Origin: the human T2T-CHM13v2.0 reference genome, Homo sapiens
Reading direction: 5' to 3' (one strand)
DNA: 64,000 nt
Assembly: GCF_009914755.1 (NCBI RefSeq)
Contig: NC_060933.1
Shown: positions 44,403 through 64,000 of the stretch, piece after piece
How positions within the stretch are numbered: the first letter of the stretch is position 1
How the letters are laid out: each line of letters begins with the position of its first letter
Translations under genes and position numbers: made by a program
Notes under the pieces: generated by a model
Told to the model about the DNA's origin: nothing
The model's input: only the letters and a program-made list of their open reading frames with translations
Databases searched by the model: none

Positions 44403-46233
44403 ACAAACTGTGGCATTTCCACTGGAAGTTATTTCTTTCTGAGCTTCAGTTTACCCATCTTTAATAAATTTTGCCCTGTTTATAACTTAAGGCTTCGAGG
44501 ACCAAAAATGAGACGACAGATGTGAAATAAAGCTTTAGGGGCTGGGAGGACAGCAGGCTGTGTCAGAGTTCAGAAGTCCCTGCTAGAGAACACATATCCT
44601 ATACCCAGAAGTACCTCAGAGGTCAGCACTACAGGAACCATGGAGGCAGTCACAACAACTGCCATTACCTCTTAATCATCTCAGCACACCCTGTAAAGTC
44701 TAGCACAGCAGTCCCTAGGTAATTGTTTATTGAATACCCTGCACATGAGGGTATTTTTCTTCCTTTCCCATTCACATCTTTAATCTGTTCAGCAATGTAA
44801 GTCAAGCAACTAGGAACTGTTAAACTCTGGGCTATGTACTGAAATAGACAAATGAAAAAGCCACAGCTCTTGTTCTTACCTCCTGGGAGAAAGGTGAAAC
44901 AGACATAAATTTAATCCCAGGGGAGACACATTTTTGTCTTCCCTCTGCTTTCCTTTCCCCCTACTTTTTAAACAAATCATTCATTCAAAAAATAAATTCA
45001 CTGCTTCTATTATCTAGGACTTATCCAGTTACTGGAGTCAGAGCAGTGAACAAGCAAGGTCCCTATCCTCTGGATGCTTGTATTTGGAAGGGGAGCAGGA
45101 CAAAACAAAAGCAAAATAAATAAAGAAGATATAATTAGTGATACATGCCACAAACACAATTAAGCAGGGTGATGTGACAGGGACTCGACGACTATAGATT
45201 GAGTGGAGGGAAGGCCTCTCTAAAGGAGATGACATTTGGGACTTGAATGATAGGACATTCTGATTTTCTCATGTCTAAAATCAGGAATAATACCAATAGC
45301 TATTAATATTTATTACCACGAAAAGGTACCATGTTTTACTGGTAAGAGTGCAGGCTATGCGGGTCTGGGTTCAAATCCTGACTTTTGCACCTAGTAACTG
45401 CACCTTTAGCAAGTCACATGACCTTTCTTTAAGCATCCTCTCGATAGAAAAGCTTTCCTAAACAGAGTTCCTTGTTATTCTATATCATAGCCACTTTTCC
45501 ATCTTTTTCCTCCTACTAAATGCTAATTCAATGTATTACTTAATGTTTCCTCTTCTATTTCCTTCACTAGAACGTAAGCTCCCACAGCACAGGACCTTGC
45601 CAATCTTGATCACGGTTCTATTTCTAGCACTTAAGTACACTGCCTGTCTCACGGTTGGTGCTTAATATTTACTAAATGAAGCAAGCCGCTTCTCCACTCG
45701 GAGACTTAGTTTCTTTTTCCTTCCTAGAATGGGTACAATTTGTCGTCTCACGAGGTCGTTGTGAGTCTTAAATAAGACAATTTTGGTGACAGCTCAGAAT
45801 ATGGCTTTTTGAGGAAAGGTAAAGGGTAATAAAAGATCAAGACGGCACGGGACTATCAAAATGCTTTGCGTTTGCAATAGCAACAATCCTTTAGACTACC
45901 AGAGTTCACAAAACGCGGTTACATTTGTCTTTCCAGCTGAGCTGCAATAACTCTGGAAGCCAGAAATAGTCATCTGGGGAAAGTGCAATCCAGAGAAGAA
46001 GAGACACCTGATCCTAACAGCAAGCGGTGGGGTCATGCCTGGAACCCTGGCTTCCCGATTTCTGGCTGCGAATTCCTACAGGCGAAGGGTCATTACTCGG
46101 ATTGTTATTTCCGGGCCAGCGACAGGACAATCCGGGGCGGGGCCTGAGATGCAGTCCTGCGAGGGCGGCCTCCTGTAAGACCTCTTAGCGGGCCCATCGC
46201 TGAGGTGCAGGGACATGTCGCGGCCGAACTCAC

Positions 46234-46350
46234 CTCGTGGCCTCGGCGTGGTGCTCTCAGCTCATGCCCGGAAACCAGGTCCCGACGCCGCGGTCAGACG
46301 GACCTCTAGACGCGTCCGCCTCAATGCCGCCAGCTGCCAGGCCGCCCGTG
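46234..46350 (-). other. RBM18: RBM18 non-coding exon 1 (5' end approximate)
   Basis: Donor GAG|gtgagt at 46234/46233 within the CpG island; next exon has only 16 nt of 5'UTR. Confidence 0.8.
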
Positions 46351-46399
46351 ACGCGTTACGCCTGCGCCGCCTCCTGGCTTCGTGACGTCACGACGTCCG

Positions 46400-46457
46400 C
46401 GCAGCTGCGGTCGCCGCCGTCGCACGAGTCTTTCCTTAGTAACCTGGGCGATAGCTG
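46400..46457 (+). other. MRRF: MRRF non-coding exon 1 (5' end approximate)
   Basis: Donor CTG|gtgagt at 46457/46458. Confidence 0.8.
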
Positions 46458-48331
46458 GTGAGTGTCCTTGACAGGGCCTCGAGGGGCGCGTGTGGTCTGG
46501 GTGCCAGAGACCCTTACTCAGGGACCTCTGGGGGACCTCAGGGGACCAGACTACCGTCCCCGACCCGTTCGAGTCCAGCTTGACCTTTAAGGCTGAGGGC
46601 GGGACCTGTGGCATTGGAGCGAGTCTCATGGGGTGGGGGCGGGGCTCCTTTTACCAGCTAGGAATTTAGGGGATGCTGGAGGAACTTACTAAAGAGTAGC
46701 CGCACACTTGACGGGAACGTTTGAGTTTCAGAACAATCCCATAGGAGTAGATATTATTATCTCCCATAATGAAGAAACGGAAGCTCACATAGGTAATTTT
46801 ACCAGGGTCACGCGGTCAGAAAGTGAGGGCGCTTAAATTCAGACCTAGGGCTATCCGACTCCTAAGCCTGGACTTTTAACCACCACTCTGTGCCACCCAG
46901 TGGCAAAACAGTTGTCATTTCAGTAGCCCTTCTCCATTTACTTAACCCTGACAAATAGTATTGTCATTTACGTTTTACAGATGAGACGGAAGTCCTGAGA
47001 GTTTGACCGATTTAAGGTCACGTGCCTAGGAAGTGCTGGAACCAAGACTCGGAGTTTTCTCTAAGTTTAGTGCCTTTATTTTGTTTTAAACCACACTGTT
47101 GCATTTCCCCCCATTTTGGAAAGCTTTATAGTTGGAAAGAATGAAAACCTGATCTGACCCCTTCATTTTATGGTTGAAACAAAATCTACGTAGGAGAAAT
47201 CACTTGGTACAAGTCACAAGTCAGTGGTAGAGCTGCCGCAAATGCTTTTTGAATACGTGTGATTATGAATCTAAATGGCAGATGGCAGGGAGTGATAAGG
47301 TAGGCATACTGGAATCCAGATCTCTTAACTCTTAGGCAAAAGCCCTTTCTCTACCTGTTAAAGTGTCTCATTCCTTCTTTGGCCGTGCCAGGTGCATAAT
47401 GATTCTGTGTATAGTCAGATACTACAAGTACCTTTCTTTACCTGGTACTGTATTTAGAGAAGAACATCATCTACTATCTCTAAGCAAAAATCTGGCAAAC
47501 CAGAGACAGTGGAGGCAACGCTGGGAAGCCCAGAACCTACCATAATAGTAAGGGTAGATTCCCATCCGATTCTGGTTTACCCTGGATAAGGAATTTATCT
47601 TTCTGGACTTTCACTGATGTATTCATCACATTCACAGTGTCTTCTGTGTTCTGGCAATGTACCAGGTACTGGGGATACAGCAGTGAACAAGAAAATCATA
47701 GATTAGTCCTTGTAGTACTTAGAGTCATATGGAGGGAATTAGACAATCAAATAATTACACAAATGTTAGCTTGTATTGTTAAGAATTAAGTGCTATGATG
47801 AAGTAAAGGGTGCTATGAAAGCAGACTACAGGACACTTGACCTAGTTGGGCTGTAGGAGATGGCCAAGGAAGCCGTCCTCTGAGGAAGTGATGGTTAAGC
47901 TGAAATCTGAAATAAAAACGGAGACAAACAGTTAAAGAGGTGAGGGAAGATCATCAAGGAGATTCAATGGCATGTTTGAAGACCCTGGAGCAGGGGGAGC
48001 CCTGGAGAAGTGAAAGATCACTTTTCTTATTTTGCAAAATACGGGTGGTGATTATCACTCTTTAGTTATGAGAACCAGTTAAGATGGTACATGTGAAAGT
48101 ATTTTATATGCAAGAGCCTGCGTATATGCACACTCATAGAAGTGCTTATGTTATAAGCTAGTATACAGCTGCATTGAAAAGAGTTGCTGGGACAGTAGAT
48201 AAGCCAGGATTTTGGGTTGGTCATCTAGCCAAAATTAAAATGAACCTTCTGTGAAGAACAGGGAAATCGTTTGAGACCCTCAACTTTGGAAAAAGAATGT
48301 GTGCTTCAAGTAGTTTAAAAAAATATTTCAG

Positions 48332-49125
<794 letters not shown>

Positions 49126-50403
49126 ATGCTGAGTGTTCTATATGCATTGTATAGCAGTTAATAACATAGACTCTAGAGCTAGATTGACTGAATTCAAATC
49201 TTGGGCAGATTTTTGCTTCTGTTTTCTTATCTGTAAAGTGGGAATAATCATAGTACTTACTTCAGGGTTATCATGAGGCTGAAATGAGTTCATGTGCATA
49301 AACCACTTAGAATAGTTTCTGTCACGTAGTCATTGTTATATAAATGTTAGGTATTGTCATTATTGTTATCTTTTAAAGTCTCATTAATATCACTATGATG
49401 ATGATGTGGAAGCTGTAGCTCAGAGAGGCTAAATGACCTCCCCAAGGTCACACAGCTAGTAAGTGGGGGAATTGAGATTCCAGTTCCAGACTGCGTCCAA
49501 AGCTCAGACACTTCCCCACATTGCTTCTATGTATAGGTTAATTTTGTTGGCTCATACTTGGGATCTCAACAAATTTTTCTTCAACTTTAATTCTTTATCT
49601 GTGCTGAACTGAATGTTAATTTGTATACCCTTAAGGTAAAGGACCTAAAGGACTGCTTTTATTGAACTTCCACTTTGAAATTTCTTGACTTCTGTGCAAT
49701 TAAAATCTACGCCTTAAGCATTTCAGCGATGTGGTTTATTTATAGAGTTGTCTTCCGGTTCACGTGTACTGGGTCTGCTTTTGGGTGCTGCGTTTTCTGT
49801 CAAAGGTTGTTTATTTCTAACCCATTTTGATTTCCTGTTGCTTTGTGAGTTGGTATTATGACCTGCAACAGGAATACCAGGAAACCTGTCTTAAATGGAG
49901 CAGCCAGATTGAGACCCTGTAGACTAAAATAAAATCTACTCATTATTCTACAGCCATATTTGGTTATAAGTATGAGTTAGGCATTGGTTTGATTAGGGAA
50001 AAACCTAGATATAGAAACTTCACTCTGAGCCAAACCTCTGTGAACAGTTCTGCTAAAATAGAGCTTGGCTATTAGCTCCATGTCCTTGGACAGTGACTTA
50101 ATCTCTCTGAACCTCAGTTTCAGCATCTGTAAAATGGGGATTATTATACGTTCTTTGTGGCATTATTGAGAGAATTAAATGAAATAGTATGGTTAAAGCA
50201 AACAGTCCAAACTTGACCTCAATTAATAGTAGCTATTGATACTAGTAAAGAAGAAAAATATTCCCTTTTTTCATCAAATCTGGTTTTATAGACTTCATAC
50301 ACTGATCACTAACTTCTAGTATCCCTTACTGTTAAAAATTCCATCGCGAGAAATGATTTGCCTTTGTGCTACTCATTTGCTTTAAAAATAATATCCATCA
50401 TTA

Positions 50404-50721
<318 letters not shown>

Positions 50722-50931
50722 TCATTAAGCTGCTATATTCCTGGCACTATGTTAGTTGTTTACATGTATTCATTATTAAATTTTATTTTAAGTTCAAGGT
50801 TATTTTTATCATTGATGAGGAAAGTGATGCTCAGAAAAGAAGAGTAAATTGCCTAAAGTTGAAATTTACATCCAGGTCTGACTGATTGTAGGCTATTTTG
50901 TACATCATTAATAACATACAAGGTTTCTTTA

Positions 50932-51250
<319 letters not shown>

Positions 51251-52411
51251 ATAATAAAGATAATATTTTTTTAAAAGTTTGAAAAAAAAGGTGATAGCTA
51301 TCAACAGGTATTATTTTGGGGGGCTCCTGCTGTTTGCTAAGTACTGTGTCAAGGGCTTTACTTGCATAACCTCATTAATTATTCCTAACCCTAAGAAATG
51401 AGTACAATTATTCCCATTTTATAGTTGAAGAAATCAAGGAGCAGAAATATTCAGGAATATTTAGTCAGTAATGGAGCTAGGATTGGCTTCCAGGTCTTCC
51501 TGACGGCAAAGCCCATGTTATTCATTCCATTGTGTTGGATCAAAATTTTAGGATGGGATTTAAAAAAAAAAATAAGGTGTGGGACTGTTACTCAAAGGAA
51601 ACAGCTTCCAGGTATTTGATACTAATTGTTCTTAATTTTTACCTGAGCCATAGCAACATTACTGGCAGAAGCTATCAATGATATATTTGTCAGTTAGCTA
51701 GGGCTGTGTTCTATCCTGAGGTAGTTGTAGGCGATGGCATCTTTCCATGGTCAAAGACCTCAGATGTAGAATGCGTAACTTGTGTTAACACAGGAGAGGG
51801 TGGCATGTTCCAGAGCTCTAGTTCTATACCATGGAAGACCTCAAACCTCAATCATGCTTTAGACTCACATTAAAGGGCATCCTAATTGGTAATCAGTGCA
51901 TAAGGAACCAAATAAAATTTTAATTAAATGCTGTCGTGTGAATTTTCCAGTCATTTTATGCCTGTTGAGACGGTTTTCTTATTTAAAGTCCTCTTCTAGT
52001 GCTCTGCCTTCCCTCTTTAAACTTTATCAAGATTTTGTGCTTTTTCTCATGTAAGGGTTTAATTAGCATCATTAAAGTTTTAGTCTGCTGCATATTTGCT
52101 TAATGGGCATTTTGGTGCAGTGGAAAGAGCTTGGGGTTTGGAGTCCAAAGTGGGGAAGTTCCTTAAATCTCTGTGAGCCTTAGTTTCTTCATTCTGTAAA
52201 ATGAGGCAAATAATATTTTCTTCTAGGGCTGTTGGGAAAAGGATTAGAGATAATGTATTTAAATTGTCTAGTACTTAGCTCAGTTTATAGGAGTTGCTTG
52301 ATAATTGGTACGAATTACCTGAAGTTGCAAGCTTTGTACTTAGATCTTTTACTTAGATCTGCTTTTTGTCTTATTCTTTTTAGTGGATGTTTCCAAGGAT
52401 TGTCTTCAGTC

Positions 52412-52595
52412 ATGGCCTTGGGATTAAAGTGCTTCCGCATGGTCCACCCTACCTTTCGCAATTATCTTGCAGCCTCTATCAGACCCGTTTCAGAAGTTAC
52501 ACTGAAGACAGTGCATGAAAGACAACATGGCCATAGGCAATACATGGCCTATTCAGCTGTACCAGTCCGCCATTTTGCTACCAAGAAAGCCAAAG
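52412..52595 (+). CDS. MRRF: Mitochondrial ribosome recycling factor, coding exon 2 (MALGLKCFRMVHPTFRNYLAASIRP...RHFATKKAK); exon starts at 52384
   Basis: Acceptor ttttag|TGG at 52383/52384, gtcATGG start, donor AAG|gtagag; Arg-rich mitochondrial presequence. Confidence 0.95.
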
Positions 52596-53849
52596 GTAGA
52601 GACATGTGACGTTCTCTCCTACTTCACCCCTTTCTTATAGTTGGCCCTTGAATTATAGCTGGCAGGTATCTCAGATGTACTGAATTTCTCCCCTTGCTAA
52701 CATGAGGAAATGGTGCCTCAGCTATTTCATTGGATTAGCTTAAAAGGTTACAGTGGCAGAGATGGTGTTATAACCCAGTGCCTGTTTTCTCATTACCATG
52801 CTGCCTCATTTGTTTTCTTGGTAGCTCAGAAAATGCCTAATTTCTTTCTTTTAGATTTAGAATTAAAGGTTTAAGTGCCAAGCAAGCCAGAATGCTTGTA
52901 GCAGGGATCAATATATTGTCTCCTTATAGGAAGATGCATGTTGGAAGTATAATTAAGACCAGAAGGTGGTTGGGTGAAGTGGGTATTAGAGCCATGGATT
53001 TAGATGGATGATCTTAATGGCTTGTGTCATCCAGGAATGAGACTCTGATGTACTGCAGGTCTCAGCTTAAATGCTACTTCCTCTGGGAAGCCTTTCCTGA
53101 CCTCTTAGACTAGGTCAAGTCCCCTGTTGCCTGCACTCGTGCATTCTGTTATTTTGCCTTTGATGCACTTAGAACAGCAGTGATTAATTAATTAAATGTA
53201 AGATTGATTATCGTTTATCTGTCTTCTATGCTGGACCTGATGAAGGTAGGTTCTATATTGTTCTTATTTAGCACCTAACAGGGCCTGGATTTAGTATGTA
53301 TTGACAAATTTTGTTGAATGAAAGAATGAGTGATAGAAAATTGTCAGTCACACCAGCAATTTGCAGTGGTGGATCAGGGAGTCCTCCCCCAAGAATGGCG
53401 CTAGATATATGCTGCTGAATATTTTCCCACTGACTTTCCTTTTCTAATTTCATGCAGACCTTCCCCTTTCTGTAATAGGAAAATTAACAAATTACTGGAA
53501 GAACAGTAATGCTTAGAAGAGTTATATTCTGTTAATAGTGTTAATAGTAATAACCTTTGATCTGTATGTAGCATTATATTTTTTAAAGTTTCTATACATT
53601 TACTAATTTTATCCTTATAATTATCCATTGAAGGAATTATAATTTTCCATTGAAGAAATCCTTATAATTATCTAGTTAATCCAGATCTCACCATTTTATA
53701 AACGAAGAAACTGAGATAGTTTGTGAGAAATTTGCCCATGTTCCTATATAGTTAATGGCAGAACCAGAAACTTGAGTTCCTGATGCCTACAGTACTGCAG
53801 TCTTCTAGTGTAATAGACAGTTACAGTGCATAAGCAGCATTTTTTCATA

Positions 53850-60720
<6,871 letters not shown>

Positions 60721-61963
60721 CCTAAGCCATTGGTTTCAAAGCATAATGGTAACATGGGCAAATAAATGTTTTTAAAAATCACTCTGTTGCTTACCAGTTG
60801 TTTACTTTGGACGAAACATTTAAATGGCTTGTGCCTTAGATTTCTCATCTGTACCATGGGGACAATACTAATCACTATTCTTCCTACCTCAGAGAGCTAT
60901 CTTGGATAGCAAGGAGGAGAATGTACTTGAAATTGCATTGCAAGTTATAATATGCCACCCAAATAGTACAGGATTGAGTTCACTGTAGATGTTCAACAAA
61001 ATTTATTTAATGAATCTCAATAAATATTTGTTGAATGTTTAATGAATAAACAGTGTAAATATTGTTTAAAATTTTATTGTTTTTCTCCTTCCCCATTCCC
61101 TATAAAAGAAATGCAAGAATATTTGCATCACTCACAGAAATTATCTATGTATACACCTAGAATGTATATGAAAAATCACTACGATGATTTAGACATAAAA
61201 TGAAATTATATTCAGCTCCCAATGCTGTTGATTTTCTAAAATATAAGCCATTGTCTCTACCATTGGTAGTGTTTAATGTCTGTAAACTACTATTGTTCCT
61301 TTTGTCTGTACTCTACCAGCCATCAGATATTGTGTGCATATCCTTGTCTTAGTGTCCATTTTTAATGAATTAATGTATTTCCTGTCTCTCTAATTAGATT
61401 TTGTGGAGATGGGCTAGTGAAAAGTTCATGGGTTTAAAATTAGGCAGATCTGGAACCAGATCTTGACTTTTCCATTTCCTGACCTGTGACATTAGGCAAA
61501 TAGCTTTACCTTTCTCATCTTCTGTTTACTTTTCTGAAAAGTAAGGGATTAATTTAGTTATGGATTCCCTGCCATGTGTATAGTGTTCTTTTAGGTGTTT
61601 GAATGACTTAATTTGTATCCTTGTAGCAACCTTGCAATATAGATGTTACTATTCTTTTACAGGTAGGGAACTTGATACTCAGAAAGATAACTTGCCTAAG
61701 GTCATAAAGCTAGTATGCATTATAGCCAGACTTCTAACCTGGGGTGTCTGATTATAAAGTGTGCCCCCTCACTAGTATCTGAGAAGGTGTTTAGCACAGT
61801 TGACACTCAGTTAATATAGGCTCTTTTTTAGTGGAGCGATAATGTTTTATAATTTTCTAACACTTGACATTTTTCCCTGTACATAGTAGGTACTTCTTCA
61901 CCAATTGCTTATTGGCTCTGTTTATGCTGCTGTTGTTTTATTCACTGAATGTTCACTTTTTAG

Positions 61964-62119
61964 CCAAAGGGAAAGGACAGTCCCAAACCAGAGTGAATAT
62001 TAATGCTGCCTTGGTTGAGGATATAATCAACTTGGAAGAGGTGAATGAAGAAATGAAGTCTGTGATAGAAGCTCTCAAGGATAATTTCAATAAGACTCTC
62101 AATATAAGGACCTCACCAG
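61964..62119 (+). CDS. MRRF: MRRF exon 3 (AKGKGQSQTRVNINAALVEDIINLEEVNEEMKSVIEALKDNFNKTLNIRTSPG)
   Basis: tttag|CC acceptor, CAG|gttagt donor, 156 nt, phase 1 matches exon 2; start of the RRF helical domain; gene continues past the window. Confidence 0.95.
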
Positions 62120-64000
62120 GTTAGTGACTGAACCAATGTTCTGGGGAGGGATGTAATGGAAAGAGCATGGGTTTGGCAGAGTTGAGTTTTAGTCCCAGCT
62201 TTGCCATTTACTAACTGGTGGCCATGGGCAGTTACTTTGCTTTTCTGGTCCTCGGTTTTCTTGTTTGATTCTTAACTTACAGCTTTGGGGTGGTAGTTAA
62301 AATAAATGAGGTAACGTATTATGGTTCTAGCATAGTGCCTGGCGCATAGTTAACACTACATTTATTTATCCATGCTGCAAATTTTTGTCTACTTTGGAAC
62401 TAGGCATTGTGCTAGTGCATAGTAGTAAACAAAAATAGGTATTGTCTTTGCTATCATGGAATTAGACTCTCAGAAAAATGAGATTTTTATTATGAATGTA
62501 CTATAAACACATCTAGGTATTTAGTCTCATAGTAACTGACATCTTTGGTCCGATTTTTCCAATTTGTCCTGTTTGGCAGTTCTTATCCCTTACTGGGAAC
62601 CAAATGAATACAGACCTGCCCACGTGAGGCATTTCTATACCCCTGAGCTTGACCAGGAAGATTCCGTTTGGGTTAATAACTTCCTGAAAGTGGCTTTTCT
62701 AAGTGGGAAATGTCAGAACTGTCTAGGCCAACTGTTTGCAGATGTGATGGAGAAGTGAGTTGTCAGCTGATGGTGCAAGCAGGCAGGAAAAATCCAATTG
62801 CTGTTAAATTAGGCTTTTGCAAATTGTCATCATCCTAAAGTCAAACCTGGGACCCCTCTCTTAAGGTACCTGTGGGAGCTTGGGCTGCTTCTACTCACAT
62901 CTTGATTAGGATAGTTCATAAGAAAACTAGAAATATTTCGCTCTTAAGAAAACCAAGTGAAAAATACAGCTCCACTTATAAACACTATCAGAAACATTAC
63001 CGAGTTCAGAGATGAGATCCAGTGTGAAACTAGAAGACTGTTCCCGTCACTTGTCAACCTTTGGGCTGGGGCATTTCTGCCTTTGCTGACAGTAGAGCGT
63101 GCCATTCAATCTCTCTCAACTGTTTATTTTAAACTTGCTTATTATTTTAGGTATGAAACTGATAAAGTGCTCTGTCTCCCCTGTGTTTTCTGGCCTGTTA
63201 ACATTCTGCAGCCGAAACCAGAGAGCAGTTTGAGAGGAGCTCAGGGAGAAATGTGATACTTAAAATTAGCCAGCAAGCTCCACTCTTGTTGAACTTAAAA
63301 AGATGATGGGCCTGGAAAGAGGTTGGGAGTGTAATTTGTTAAATGTTAACCTCTGAGAAAATGAGGGGCAGGAATGAGGCTGAGGGAGATTCTCGCTGGG
63401 GACAGATTGAGGGAAAAGGATTTGATGCATTATGTCGATACGGATTTAGGAATGGTAACCACCACAATTGCATTCTGAAAAGCCTGTGTTGGGACTTCTG
63501 TGGCAAAGGATCTCATGGCAAATCAGGAAGACTGAATTAAGATCCATTTCAAAAGGCCTCCTGTTGGTATTTCCTCTTTCCTTTCTCTTCAGGATTATGT
63601 TTGTTTAACGTTCTGTATAGAATTTGGGGCCATGAAGAGACTGGGTGAAACAGACTAAACTTAACTAGTCTCTTTTGCCAGATTGTTCCATTTTATCTTT
63701 CATTACCATCTGAACCAACAGGTACTTTTCCCCCTACCTTTTCCTCTTTCTCACAGCAATTTCTATCTCCCAGATAACTGACACCTTTTAACAGTTGTCT
63801 AGATACAGGTTTATTTGTTTATTCATTGTTGTCCTCTTCCCTTTCATCCGTCCATGCATACATTGATTTATCGTCAAAGCATTATTGAGCACTTTTTCTG
63901 TGCTGATTAATATGTGCTGTGGATACAGAGAGAAAATATATTGTCCCCACCTTCCAGAAGCCTAGAACCTGATGTGAAGGGTCAAACAAGTAAACCAACA

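Larger units (their letters stand above)
46060..46640. promoter_or_regulatory. Bidirectional CpG-island promoter for RBM18 and MRRF
   Basis: Divergent first-exon donors only 223 bp apart (46234 minus, 46457 plus); CRE palindrome TCGTGACGTCACGA at 46380-46393; GC boxes near 46135 and 46636. Confidence 0.9.

Noticed and set aside
52232-52411. Apparent N-terminal extension of MRRF in the ORF track
   Set aside because: Runs through intronic MIR and the polypyrimidine tract upstream of the 52384 acceptor

Overview
Primate (human-like, Alu-rich) genomic DNA matching the LHX6-RBM18-MRRF locus (human 9q33.2, recognised from the encoded proteins). Minus strand: the 5' half of LHX6 (coding exons 10234-10151, 8972-8901, 8522-8340, 7989-7868, plus an alternative first exon 9849-9799; later exons lie left of the window) and all of RBM18 (non-coding exon 1 near 46234-46350, five coding exons giving a 573-nt/190-aa RRM protein, 3'UTR up to about 4.2 kb). 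Plus strand: the first three exons of MRRF, head-to-head with RBM18 on a very compact CpG-island promoter. The rest is intronic or intergenic, with about 30 Alus, MIR/L2/L1 relics, a MER58-like MITE, an MLT LTR piece and microsatellites. I found no convincing wholly new biological system. The best leads are: a 123-codon in-frame open extension upstream of LHX6; tiered LHX6 start codons and an internal TATA/NKX2/PBX-MEIS promoter; homeodomain-site clusters inside RBM18/MRRF introns that may be LHX6 enhancers; an overlapping uORF in MRRF; a stop-free 300-nt RBM18 exon 3-5 circle; a ~330-bp local duplication; and a chimeric L1/MaLR/Alu patch. Exon boundaries were read by hand from splice signals. 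Repeat boundaries and subfamilies are approximate.
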